NCBI GenBank assembly: GCA_021325455.1
Contig: JAJPHD010000010.1
Coordinates: 257,248-321,247, forward strand
Length of the DNA stretch: 64,000 nucleotides
Direction: 5' to 3'
Source: Actinomycetota bacterium
Lineage (GTDB): Bacteria > Actinomycetota > Acidimicrobiia > Acidimicrobiales > JAJPHD01
Within the stretch, counting starts at the first letter, position 1, and every line of letters starts with the position of its first letter. Positions 26,771 through 34,875 of the stretch are shown here, one piece after another. A program made the position numbers and the translations under genes. Under the pieces are notes generated by a model, which saw only the letters and a program-made list of their open reading frames with translations, searched no databases and was not told the DNA's origin.

Positions 26771-27469
26771 GTGAACGCTCCTTTGCCCGAGGGCCGGGAC
26801 AAGGTCGAGGCCGTCCGGTCCATGTTCGACGCCATTGCCCCCCGCTACGACCTGCTCAACCGGCTGATGACCTTCTCGCTCGACCGCGGCTGGCGACGCC
26901 GAGCCGTGGCCGCTCTGGGGTTGCCGCCCGGCTCGCTGGTGCTGGATCTGGCCACCGGGACCGGGGACCTGTGCCGCGAGCTGGACGCCGCCGGCCATCG
27001 CCCCCTCGGGGTCGACCTTTCCTGGGGCATGCTGGCCCACGCCCGCACGGCTGCACCCCTGGTCCTCGGGGACGGGCTCTGCCTGCCGCTTCCCGACCGC
27101 GTCCTCGACGGTGCCGTCTCGGGCTTCGCCCTGCGCAACGTGGCCAGCCTCCCCGCCCTCTTCGCCGAGCTGGCCAGGGTGGTGCGTCCCGGGGGCAGGT
27201 TGGCCCTGCTCGAGGTGGGCCAGCCAGGCGGCAACCCCATGGTGCGGGCCGGCCACGCCCTCTGGTTCGAGCAGGTGGTGCCCCGCCTGGGGGCGCTCCT
27301 TTCCGATGCCTCCGCCTACAGATACCTGCCCCGCTCGGTGGCCTACCTGCCCCCGCCCGACCGCTTGCTGGGCGAGGTCAGGCGGGCAGGGTGGGGGGTG
27401 GTGAGCCGGCGCACCCTGACCTTGGGCGCGGCCCAGCTCATCACCGCCACCAGGGAAGGGGCGCCATGA
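26771..27469 (+). CDS. menG: demethylmenaquinone/ubiquinone C-methyltransferase
   Basis: VRSMFDAIAPRYDLLNRLMTF and the SAM motif VLDLATGTGD are present. The start is GTG 26771. Confidence 0.88.
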   Translation: MNAPLPEGRDKVEAVRSMFDAIAPRYDLLNRLMTFSLDRGWRRRAVAALGLPPGSLVLDLATGTGDLCRELDAAGHRPLGVDLSWGMLAHARTAAPLVLGDGLCLPLPDRVLDGAVSGFALRNVASLPALFAELARVVRPGGRLALLEVGQPGGNPMVRAGHALWFEQVVPRLGALLSDASAYRYLPRSVAYLPPPDRLLGEVRRAGWGVVSRRTLTLGAAQLITATREGAP

Positions 27470-28695
27470 CCGACCTGGTCGCCACCACCTTCCCCCTGGA
27501 CGAGGCGCCCGACCTGCGCCAGGTCGCCGGGGAGGGCGGGGTGCTCTTCGAGCGGGAGGGGGCGGGCCTGGCCGGCAGGGGGGTGGCCATGACCCTCGAG
27601 CTCCCGGGGGGCCTGTCGTGCCGGGGCGACCGCGACCGGGCCGTCGAGGCGCTCAGCGGCATCAAGGTCGAGGACGAGGTGGGGTTGCCAGGAACGGGCG
27701 CAGTGGCCCTCGGAGCCTTGCCCTTCGACGGGGGATCGCCGGCCCGCCTGACCGTGCCCACTCTCATCGTGGGGCGGGACGGCGAGGGCCGGGCCTGGCA
27801 GACCGTGGTGGCCCCGGCGGGCTCCTACCGGCCACGGCCCCCTGATCCGAGCCCCCGGCAGGAGGCGTGGCCACCGGAGCGGTTCCGGCTGGAGTCCGTG
27901 GTCCCCCACGAGGAGTGGTGCGCGAGGGTGGGCCGGGCGGTGGCGGAGATCAGGCGGGGGCGCCTGGAGAAGGTGGTGCTGGCCCGAGAGGTCGTGGTCC
28001 ATGCCAACCGGGACCTGATCGTCTCGGATGTGCTGGGTCGGCTGCGGGCCCTCTACCCCTCGTGCACGGTCTTCTCCGTCGGGGGGTTCGTAGGTGCCAG
28101 CCCCGAGCTGCTGGCCAGCCGGCGGGCGGCCGAGGTGCGGTCCCATCCCCTGGCCGGGACAGTGGCCCGCTCCGGCGATCCTGCCACCGACGATTCCCTG
28201 GCCGCCGCCCTGCTGGCCTCGGCCAAGGACACGGCCGAGCACCGGGTGGTGGTGCAGGCGGTCGTGGACGCCCTTGGCCAGGTGTGCGCTGAGATGGACG
28301 TGCCGCCGGCACCATCGATCGTCTCGCTGCGCAACGTCTCCCACCTGGGCACGCTGGTGAAGGGGCGGCTCCGCCCGCCCTGGCCGAGCGCCCTCGAGCT
28401 GGCCGCCCGGCTGCACCCCACCCCGGCGGTGGCGGGCACGCCCCGGCCGGCAGCCCTCGACCTGATCGCCGAGCTGGAGGGCATGGATCGCGGCCGCTAT
28501 GCGGGGCCGGTGGGCTGGGTGGACAGCCGGGGGGACGGGGACTGGGTCGTCGGCATCCGCTCGGCGACCATCCGGGGCAGGACGGCCCGACTGCTGGCCG
28601 GGGTCGGCATAGTGGCCGACTCCGACCCACGGGATGAGCTGACCGAGACCCAGCTCAAGCTGCAGGCCCTCCTGGCCGCCCTCGTCCGGCCCTAG
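27466..28695 (+). CDS. menF: isochorismate synthase
   Basis: GASPELL, HPTPAVAGTP, GRYAGPVGW and GVGIVADSDP are present. It has an ATGA overlap with menG. Confidence 0.88.
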   Translation: MTDLVATTFPLDEAPDLRQVAGEGGVLFEREGAGLAGRGVAMTLELPGGLSCRGDRDRAVEALSGIKVEDEVGLPGTGAVALGALPFDGGSPARLTVPTLIVGRDGEGRAWQTVVAPAGSYRPRPPDPSPRQEAWPPERFRLESVVPHEEWCARVGRAVAEIRRGRLEKVVLAREVVVHANRDLIVSDVLGRLRALYPSCTVFSVGGFVGASPELLASRRAAEVRSHPLAGTVARSGDPATDDSLAAALLASAKDTAEHRVVVQAVVDALGQVCAEMDVPPAPSIVSLRNVSHLGTLVKGRLRPPWPSALELAARLHPTPAVAGTPRPAALDLIAELEGMDRGRYAGPVGWVDSRGDGDWVVGIRSATIRGRTARLLAGVGIVADSDPRDELTETQLKLQALLAALVRP

Positions 28696-28697
28696 CG

Positions 28698-30092
28698 TCA
28701 CTTCCCCTTTCCGTGGCCATGGCCGTGGTGGCCAGGCGGACCCCCCGCGGGCGGACCCGGCTTGGGAGGAGCAGAAGGGGAGGTCGTGGTGGGGGCGGTG
28801 GTGGTCGTGGTCGTGGGGGCGGTGGTCGTGGGGGCGGTGGTCGTGGGAGCCACCGTGGTCGTGGTGGTGGGGGCCGTCGTCGTGGTGGTGGGGGCGGTGG
28901 TGGTCGTGGTGCTGCTCGGGGTTCCTCCCCTCCCGCTCCCCGCCCCCCCGGAGCCCAGCCAGCTGGCCAGGACGGCTGCCACCAGCACGGCCAGCAGGCA
29001 GGCCAGGATGACCCGGAGGAGATAGCGGGCCGGGCGGGGCAGGCGTCGCCTCCCTCCCCCGGGACCGCCGGAGGATGGGGAGGCGGCGGAGGCGCTGCCG
29101 GCCAGGGGCAGCGTGGCCTCCTCCAAACGGGACGTGGAGGGCTCCATGGGGACGGTCGGGGGTGGGGAGGCCAGGGGCTGGGTGGCACCTGGGTCGCCCG
29201 GGAGGCCTACAGGCAGGGCGATGGTGTCGGCGTCGGCGGACCCGCTCAGCACGGCGGCCATCTGGCTGGCGGTGGCGAACCGGGAGGCCGGGTCCAGGGC
29301 CAGGGCCCCCTCCACGGCGGCCACCATCCCGGGGCTGAGCCCGGCCCGCAGGTCGGTCAGGGAGGGCCTCTCCCCCTGGCGCACGGCCAGGGCCACGGAC
29401 AGGGGAGTCTCGCCCCTGAACGGCTTGGTGGCCGTCAGGGCCTCGTAGAGGACCACGCCCACCGACCACAGGTCCGAGCGCGCAGTGGCAGGGTGCCCGT
29501 CTATCCGCTCCGGAGCTAAGTACCCCGGGGTGCCGATGAGGAGGTTGGTGGCGGTGAGGTCGGCTCCGCCCGCGGGCGTCTCCAGCCCCTTGGCTATCCC
29601 GAAGTCCGCCACCTTCACGTTGCCGTCCCCGTCCCACAAGATGTTGGCCGGCTTCACGTCCCGGTGCACCAGCCCCGCGCTGTGGGCCGCCTCCAGCGCC
29701 GCCAGGACCTGGAGGCCGACCTGGCGGACCGTGGCCTCGTCCATGGGGCCCTTCCCGATGTCATCGGCCAGGCTGGCCCCCGGGAGGCGCTCCATCACGA
29801 TCCAGGGGCGTCCCGCGTCCTCGCCCGTGTCGTACACAGCCACCACGTGGGGGTGGGCCAGGCGGGCCGCCAGGCGGGCCTCGGCCTCGAAGCGGGCCCG
29901 GAAGCCGGGGTCGGCGGCCAGGTCTCCCCGCAGCAGCTTGAGGGCCACCTGCCGCTCGAGGCGCTCGTCCCGCGCCTCCCACACCTCTGCCATCCCCCCC
30001 CGGCCCAGCAGGCGCAGGGCCCGGTAGCGGCCGGCGACCAGGAAGCCCTCACCAGACGCGGGCCCACCCCGGCTCCCGCCCGGATCGCTCAT
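28698..30092 (-). CDS. Ser/Thr protein kinase with one TM segment and an extracytoplasmic Thr/Pro-repeat tail
   Basis: GRGGMAEVW, VALK, HRDVKPANIL, DFGIAK and GTPGYLAPE are present. The start is ATG 30092. The upstream 179 codons of the ORF are antisense to mobA. Confidence 0.9.
   Translation of the reverse strand: MSDPGGSRGGPASGEGFLVAGRYRALRLLGRGGMAEVWEARDERLERQVALKLLRGDLAADPGFRARFEAEARLAARLAHPHVVAVYDTGEDAGRPWIVMERLPGASLADDIGKGPMDEATVRQVGLQVLAALEAAHSAGLVHRDVKPANILWDGDGNVKVADFGIAKGLETPAGGADLTATNLLIGTPGYLAPERIDGHPATARSDLWSVGVVLYEALTATKPFRGETPLSVALAVRQGERPSLTDLRAGLSPGMVAAVEGALALDPASRFATASQMAAVLSGSADADTIALPVGLPGDPGATQPLASPPPTVPMEPSTSRLEEATLPLAGSASAASPSSGGPGGGRRRLPRPARYLLRVILACLLAVLVAAVLASWLGSGGAGSGRGGTPSSTTTTTAPTTTTTAPTTTTTVAPTTTAPTTTAPTTTTTTAPTTTSPSAPPKPGPPAGGPPGHHGHGHGKGK
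28781..28915. repeat. imperfect tandem nucleotide repeats encoding (T)nAP units inside the kinase gene
   Basis: GGTGGTCGTGG(G/T)GGC-type units on the plus strand correspond to TTTTTAPTTTTTAPTTTTTVAPTTTAPTTTAPTTTTTTAP. Confidence 0.8.
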
Positions 30093-30176
30093 GGGCACCC
30101 CCGGGAGGCACCCTCGGCGGGGCTGGGCCCTGCCTGCTGGGTGCCCGTCACCGCTCCCCGGGGGCACAATGCGGCC

Positions 30177-30776
30177 ATGGACGCTCCCGTGGACGGGGTG
30201 GCCGGCCTCCTCCTCACCGGCGGCCGGAGCCGGCGCATGGGGACCGACAAGGCCAGGCTGCGGATCAACGGCGAGCCGGCGGCCGAGCGCCTCGGCCGCC
30301 GGCTGGCCCGGGTGACCAACCCCGCCCTGGAGGTGGGACAGGCCATCTCGGGGCTGCCGCCGGTGCCCGATCCCGGTGAGGGCCCCCTCGTGGCCGTGGG
30401 GGCCGGCGCGGTGGCACTGGCGGAGCGGGGCCATAACGGGCCGGCACTGGTGCTGGCCTGCGACCTGCCCCTGGTGGGTGAGGCACTCCTGCGCCTGCTG
30501 GCGGGCTGGCCCTCCACCGCTACGGTCGTCCCCGTGGTCGAGGGCCAGCCGCAGTTCCTCTGTGCCCGGTTGTCCCCGGCGGCCCTGGCCGCCGCCGGCC
30601 GCCTGGCGGGCTCGGGCACCCGCCGCCACCGCAGCATGAAGTCCCTCATGGCCACCGTTCCCGTCACCTGGCTCGGGCCATCGGAATGGGGGGCAGTGGC
30701 AAGCGCCCGGGACTTCGCCGACACCGACAGCCCGGCCGACCTGGGGGGCCTGGGGCTGGACTGGACGCCGGGGTGA
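30177..30776 (+). CDS. mobA: molybdenum cofactor guanylyltransferase
   Basis: LLLTGGRSRRMGTDKA and the LACDLP motif are present. The start is ATG 30177. Confidence 0.85.
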   Translation: MDAPVDGVAGLLLTGGRSRRMGTDKARLRINGEPAAERLGRRLARVTNPALEVGQAISGLPPVPDPGEGPLVAVGAGAVALAERGHNGPALVLACDLPLVGEALLRLLAGWPSTATVVPVVEGQPQFLCARLSPAALAAAGRLAGSGTRRHRSMKSLMATVPVTWLGPSEWGAVASARDFADTDSPADLGGLGLDWTPG

Positions 30777-31741
30777 CCAGCGGGCAGGGCGGGGCTCCGC
30801 CGGCCGGGCCCGGTCCCGGCCCTCGAGGCCCCCGAGTGGGGCTCACCGCCGGACTGGACGCCGACCGGCGGCCGGCCACCCCGGTGCAGGTCCTCGTCCT
30901 CTCGGCCGGCTCCTGGCACCGGAGGCCCGACCAGGTGGTGACCGAGGAGCCCCTGGAGATCCGGGCCGGCGGCCCGGGTCAGGAGCCCCTCCCCGTCGCC
31001 GTGACGATGAGGACCCCCGGGCATGACTTCGAGCTGGCGGCGGGGTTCCTCCTCTCCGAGGGCCTCATCGCCCCGGCCGGCCCGGAGGGCTCCTCCTCCC
31101 CGGGGCCGCCCCAGGTGCGGGCGATCCGCTACTGCGACCTGCCCCCTGGCGAAGTGCAGCGCTACAACATCGTGAGCGTCACCCTGACGACGCCCCTCGA
31201 CGAGAGGTCCGCCGAGCGCCGGAGGACGGTGTCCACCGCCTCCTGTGGCCTGTGCGGCGTTGCCACCCTGGCCGACCTGGAGCGCCGGTGCCACCCCGTA
31301 GCCCCAGGGCCCGTGCTCCCCGCCTCCCTCCTCCTCGGTCTCCCGGAGGCCCTGCGCCGCTCCCAGCGCCTGTTCAGACGCACCGGGGGCCTGCACGCCG
31401 CCGGGCTGTTCGGGCCCGACGGCGCCCTCGTGGCCCTGCGGGAGGACGTGGGCCGCCACAATGCCCTGGACAAGCTGATCGGGCGGGCCCTCCTCGACCA
31501 CCAGCTTCCCCTGGCCGGCCACGTGGTGGCCCTCTCGGGCCGTATCGGCTACGAGCTGGTACAGAAGTCGGCCCTCGCCGGCGTGCCGGTCATCGTGGCC
31601 GTGGGAGCTCCCTCCAGCCTGGCCGTGGCCACCGCCCACCACCTCGGGATCACCACCGTGGGGTTCGTCCGCCCCGGCCGGGCCAACATCTACACCCACC
31701 CGGAACGGGTCGCGACCGAGCCGGGCCGCTGCGACTCCTGA
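30773..31741 (+). CDS. fdhD: formate dehydrogenase accessory sulfurtransferase
   Basis: MRTPGHDFELAAGFL, SCGLCG and EDVGRHNALDK are present. The GTG at 30773 forms GTGA with the mobA stop. Confidence 0.9.
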   Translation: MTSGQGGAPPAGPGPGPRGPRVGLTAGLDADRRPATPVQVLVLSAGSWHRRPDQVVTEEPLEIRAGGPGQEPLPVAVTMRTPGHDFELAAGFLLSEGLIAPAGPEGSSSPGPPQVRAIRYCDLPPGEVQRYNIVSVTLTTPLDERSAERRRTVSTASCGLCGVATLADLERRCHPVAPGPVLPASLLLGLPEALRRSQRLFRRTGGLHAAGLFGPDGALVALREDVGRHNALDKLIGRALLDHQLPLAGHVVALSGRIGYELVQKSALAGVPVIVAVGAPSSLAVATAHHLGITTVGFVRPGRANIYTHPERVATEPGRCDS

Positions 31742-31759
31742 CCCGGCCCCCGACCGGGC

Positions 31760-32032
31760 TCAGGACGCCTGCACCTGCATCAGGCGGGCGGCCCTCCGGG
31801 CCCGCCGGATGGCCCGGCGCTCCTCCTCGCTGGTGCCGCCCCACACCCCGTACTCCTGGTTGGTGTCGACGGCGAACTCCAGGCACTCTTCCCGCACCTG
31901 GCAGGCTCCGCACACCGCCTTGGCCTGGGCGATCTGGATCTCCGCCGGCCCCGTCACCCCCACGGGGAAGAAGAGATCGGGGTCCACGTCCCGGCAGGCC
32001 GCCTGCGCCCGCCACCGCCCGATGTCCCACAT
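31760..32032 (-). CDS. whiB: WhiB-family Fe-S transcription factor (WhiB1-like)
   Basis: C-x(n)-C-x2-C-x5-C is present (AACRDVDPDLFFP...AVCGACQVREEC), plus GVWGG and a basic tail. The start is ATG 32032. An upstream GTG is possible. Confidence 0.9.
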   Translation of the reverse strand: MWDIGRWRAQAACRDVDPDLFFPVGVTGPAEIQIAQAKAVCGACQVREECLEFAVDTNQEYGVWGGTSEEERRAIRRARRAARLMQVQAS

Positions 32033-32328
32033 TGCCTCTCGTGCCGACTCCACCTGCTCCTCCGGCGTAGTTGCCTGTCCCGGTCCACACCGGCATCGCG
32101 ACCCCACTCGCATGGCCCCCTGGTAGAGATGCCGGCCGCACAGGCGCGGCCCGAGCCGACCTGCACAGCCCCTCGAGACTGGGCATATTAGCGGAATCGC
32201 GTCTCTCCACGAACGTCGGAGATCCACTTCCGTGCCCCTTGTTCCCCATCCCGGGCGGCTTCACACCTCGGCCCGCGGCCCGGCCTCCGCGGGCCGGGCC
32301 CGTGACCACCAGGGCTAGGTTGTAGCCC

Positions 32329-34089
32329 GTGGTGGGAAGCGCCCGGGTCCTCGTCGTGTCGGCGCGCATGGGAGCCGGCCACGACGGGGCGGCCCGTGAG
32401 CTGTGCCGTCGCCTGGAGGCTCGGGGTATCGAGACCAAGACGGTGGACTTCCTGGACGCCTCGCCCCGCCTGGGGCGGGCCATGAAGGCCGTCTACGAGC
32501 TGTGGCTGCGGTCTGCTCCCTGGGCTTACGAGGCCACCTACCGGATGTGGTTCGTCGGCCCCGTCTTGTGCGCACCGATAGGGGCCGCCCTCACCTTGGT
32601 GTTCGGGCGGCGGATCCGTCGCTGGGCCGGGGAGCTGCAGGCCAATGCCGTGGTGTCCACCTACCCGCTGGCCTCGGTGGTCCTGGGCCGCCTGCGCCGG
32701 CGGCGGTGGAGTCCCCTGGGCGTCCCGGCCGTCACGTTCCTCACCGACTTCTCCGTCCACCCCCTCTCCGTCCACCCGGGGGTGGACCTCAACCTCTGCC
32801 TGCACGCCAGCTCCGCCACCCAGGCCGAGCTGGCCACGGGCCGGCCGTCCCGGGCGCCCGGGCCCCTGGTGGCGGAGCGGTTCCGCACCGGTCTCCCCGA
32901 CCGGACCCAGGCCCGGGCCGAGCTGGGGATCCCCTCCGATGCCAGGGTGGCCCTGGTGGTGGCGGGCTCGTGGGGGGTGGGCGAGGTGGAGCAGACCTTC
33001 GACGCCCTGGTGGCCACGGGCCGCTATGTCCCCCTCGTGGTGTGCGGCCGCAACGAGCGCCTCCGTCGCAAGCTGGCCGCCCGGGGGACGGGCGTGGTGC
33101 TGGGATGGACAGACGCCATGCCGTCCCTCATGGCCGCCAGCGACATCCTCGTGCAGAACGCCGGGGGCCTCACCTGCATGGAGGCTTTCGCCGCCGGCCT
33201 TCCGGTGGTGAGCGTCCGGCCCATCCCGGGCCACGGCCGCCACAACGCCTTGGACATGGACCGGGCGGGGGTGGCCCCCCTGGCTACCGACCCCGCCCAG
33301 CTGGCGGACGCGCTGGACCGGGCGGTGGCCGAGAGGGTGACCCTCGCCGGCCGGGGGAAGGCGCTATTCGCCGGGGACGCCGCTGATGACGTGTGGTCGC
33401 TGGCCCGGGTGAGCAAGCCGCTCCCGCTGCCCAGGCGGAGGCCGGTGGGAGCTCGGCTGGCTGCTGCCAGCCTGGCGGCGGTCACCATGTACGCCGGGCT
33501 CAACGTGGGGGCGGAGGCGGCCACAGCACTGGGGGCCGATGCCGCCCGACCCGCTCCCTCCCAGGCCCGAGCGGTGTTCGTCGGGGTCCGGCTGGGCCCG
33601 GCCAGCCTGGCCGACCCTGACCTGGCGCCGGTCCTGGCCCGTGACCATGTGGCGGCCGTGGTGGAGGGCATCCTGGCCCGCAGCGACCCGGCCGGTGTAC
33701 GGAGGCTGGCCGCCTACGGGGTGACGATCGCCAATGGCGGCTGGGGCCCCGAGGAGGACCTGCACTTGTTCATGCCCCGGGACAACGTGACCTCGGCCAG
33801 CCGGGCCATCGCCGCCGACACAGGCCGGCCCTGCACCCTCTATGTGCCCGGCCCCACCCCGAACCTGTCGGACCTGGCCTTTGCCAGCGCCCAGCACGAG
33901 GGCATCGTCATGGGCACCCAGATCCCCGTGGCCGCCCGCCGCCCCTTGCGTCCGGTGCCCGGCAGTGTCTACGTGCTCGATGCCGAGCAGGCAGCCTCCG
34001 GCCAGGTCGAGACCGGGGTGGCCAGGCTGCACCGGGCCCTGTCCCGTCAGGGGGTCCGCATGGCGCCGTGGTCCGTCCTGAGGAGGTGA
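32329..34089 (+). CDS. MGDG-synthase-like (GT28-type) glycosyltransferase fused to a TM segment and a degenerate NodB-like domain
   Basis: The N-terminus reads VLVVSARMGAGHDGAA..., with a GT-B C-lobe (VQNAGGLTCMEAFAAGLP). The C-terminal ~200 aa resemble a polysaccharide deacetylase fold but lack the DD/HxxxH motifs. Confidence 0.75.
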   Translation: MVGSARVLVVSARMGAGHDGAARELCRRLEARGIETKTVDFLDASPRLGRAMKAVYELWLRSAPWAYEATYRMWFVGPVLCAPIGAALTLVFGRRIRRWAGELQANAVVSTYPLASVVLGRLRRRRWSPLGVPAVTFLTDFSVHPLSVHPGVDLNLCLHASSATQAELATGRPSRAPGPLVAERFRTGLPDRTQARAELGIPSDARVALVVAGSWGVGEVEQTFDALVATGRYVPLVVCGRNERLRRKLAARGTGVVLGWTDAMPSLMAASDILVQNAGGLTCMEAFAAGLPVVSVRPIPGHGRHNALDMDRAGVAPLATDPAQLADALDRAVAERVTLAGRGKALFAGDAADDVWSLARVSKPLPLPRRRPVGARLAAASLAAVTMYAGLNVGAEAATALGADAARPAPSQARAVFVGVRLGPASLADPDLAPVLARDHVAAVVEGILARSDPAGVRRLAAYGVTIANGGWGPEEDLHLFMPRDNVTSASRAIAADTGRPCTLYVPGPTPNLSDLAFASAQHEGIVMGTQIPVAARRPLRPVPGSVYVLDAEQAASGQVETGVARLHRALSRQGVRMAPWSVLRR

Positions 34090-34856
34090 GGCCCGCAGCC
34101 GCGGCTGCGGCCGGGGCGCTCAGCCTGGCCGGTGCCGTCCACGCCGGGCCCGCTCTCACCTGGGTGCCAGCGGTCCGCCGCCGGCTGGCCCCCGGCCTCC
34201 ACGGCCTGGGGCGCCCCGGGCACGTGGCCCTCCCCTTCGACGACGGGCCTGACCCCACCTCGACCCCGGCCTTCCTGGCTGCGCTGGACCGGCTGGGATG
34301 GCGGGCCACCTTCTTCATGCTGGGCTCCATGGCCGCCGCCGCCCCCGGCCTGGCCGCCGAGGTCGCTGCCGCCGGGCACGAGGTGGCCTTGCACGGCCAC
34401 CGTCACCGCAACCACCTGGCCCTCACCCCCCGGCAGGTGGCGACGGACCTGGGCCGGGGCCTGGACGCCGTGGCCGGCGCCACGGGGGAGAGACCGGCCT
34501 GGCACCGGCCCCCTTATGGCGTGGTCTCCGGCCCGGGATGGGTGGCCAGCCGGCGCCTGGGGCTCCCGGTGGTGCTGTGGTCGGCCTGGGGCCGGGACTG
34601 GAGGGCCCGGGCCACCCCCGCCAGCGTGGTGGCCGACCTCGCCACGGCGAGGGCGGAGCCGGCCGGGCCCACGGTCCTCCTTCACGACTCCGACTGCACC
34701 TCAGCCCCGGGGGCATGGCGCTCGGCCCTCGGCGCCCTTCCCCTCCTCGCCGAGCAGTGGGCCGATCTCGGGTGGACGGTAGGGACCCTCGGCGAGCACG
34801 GCACCGGCTCCCTCCTGGTGGAGGGGACCGGCACGGGAGGACGGCGGGCACCCTAG
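34086..34856 (+). CDS. polysaccharide deacetylase (NodB homology domain)
   Basis: LPFDDGPDP and HGHRHRNH motifs are present. The GTG at 34086 forms GTGA with the upstream stop, preceded by GAGGAGG. The N-terminus is hydrophobic. Confidence 0.85.
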   Translation: MRPAAAAAAGALSLAGAVHAGPALTWVPAVRRRLAPGLHGLGRPGHVALPFDDGPDPTSTPAFLAALDRLGWRATFFMLGSMAAAAPGLAAEVAAAGHEVALHGHRHRNHLALTPRQVATDLGRGLDAVAGATGERPAWHRPPYGVVSGPGWVASRRLGLPVVLWSAWGRDWRARATPASVVADLATARAEPAGPTVLLHDSDCTSAPGAWRSALGALPLLAEQWADLGWTVGTLGEHGTGSLLVEGTGTGGRRAP

Positions 34857-34875
34857 GCCGGGGCCAGCCCTTCGG

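Noticed and set aside
28781-28915. Regularly spaced repeats that could be mistaken for a CRISPR or minisatellite locus
   Set aside because: The repeats are contiguous without spacers, lie in frame inside the kinase gene and encode the Thr/Pro tail. No cas genes are nearby.
27343-29637. 764-aa minus-strand ORF, and similar giants (58449..60620 minus, 58331..60874 plus, 753..1994 minus, 2988..4931 plus, 30089..31699 minus)
   Set aside because: Each lies opposite or out of frame to genes with strong motif support (menF, AKR/PLP enzyme, UbiB, aconitase, mobA/fdhD). They are R/G/P/H-rich without motifs, so they are high-GC artefacts.
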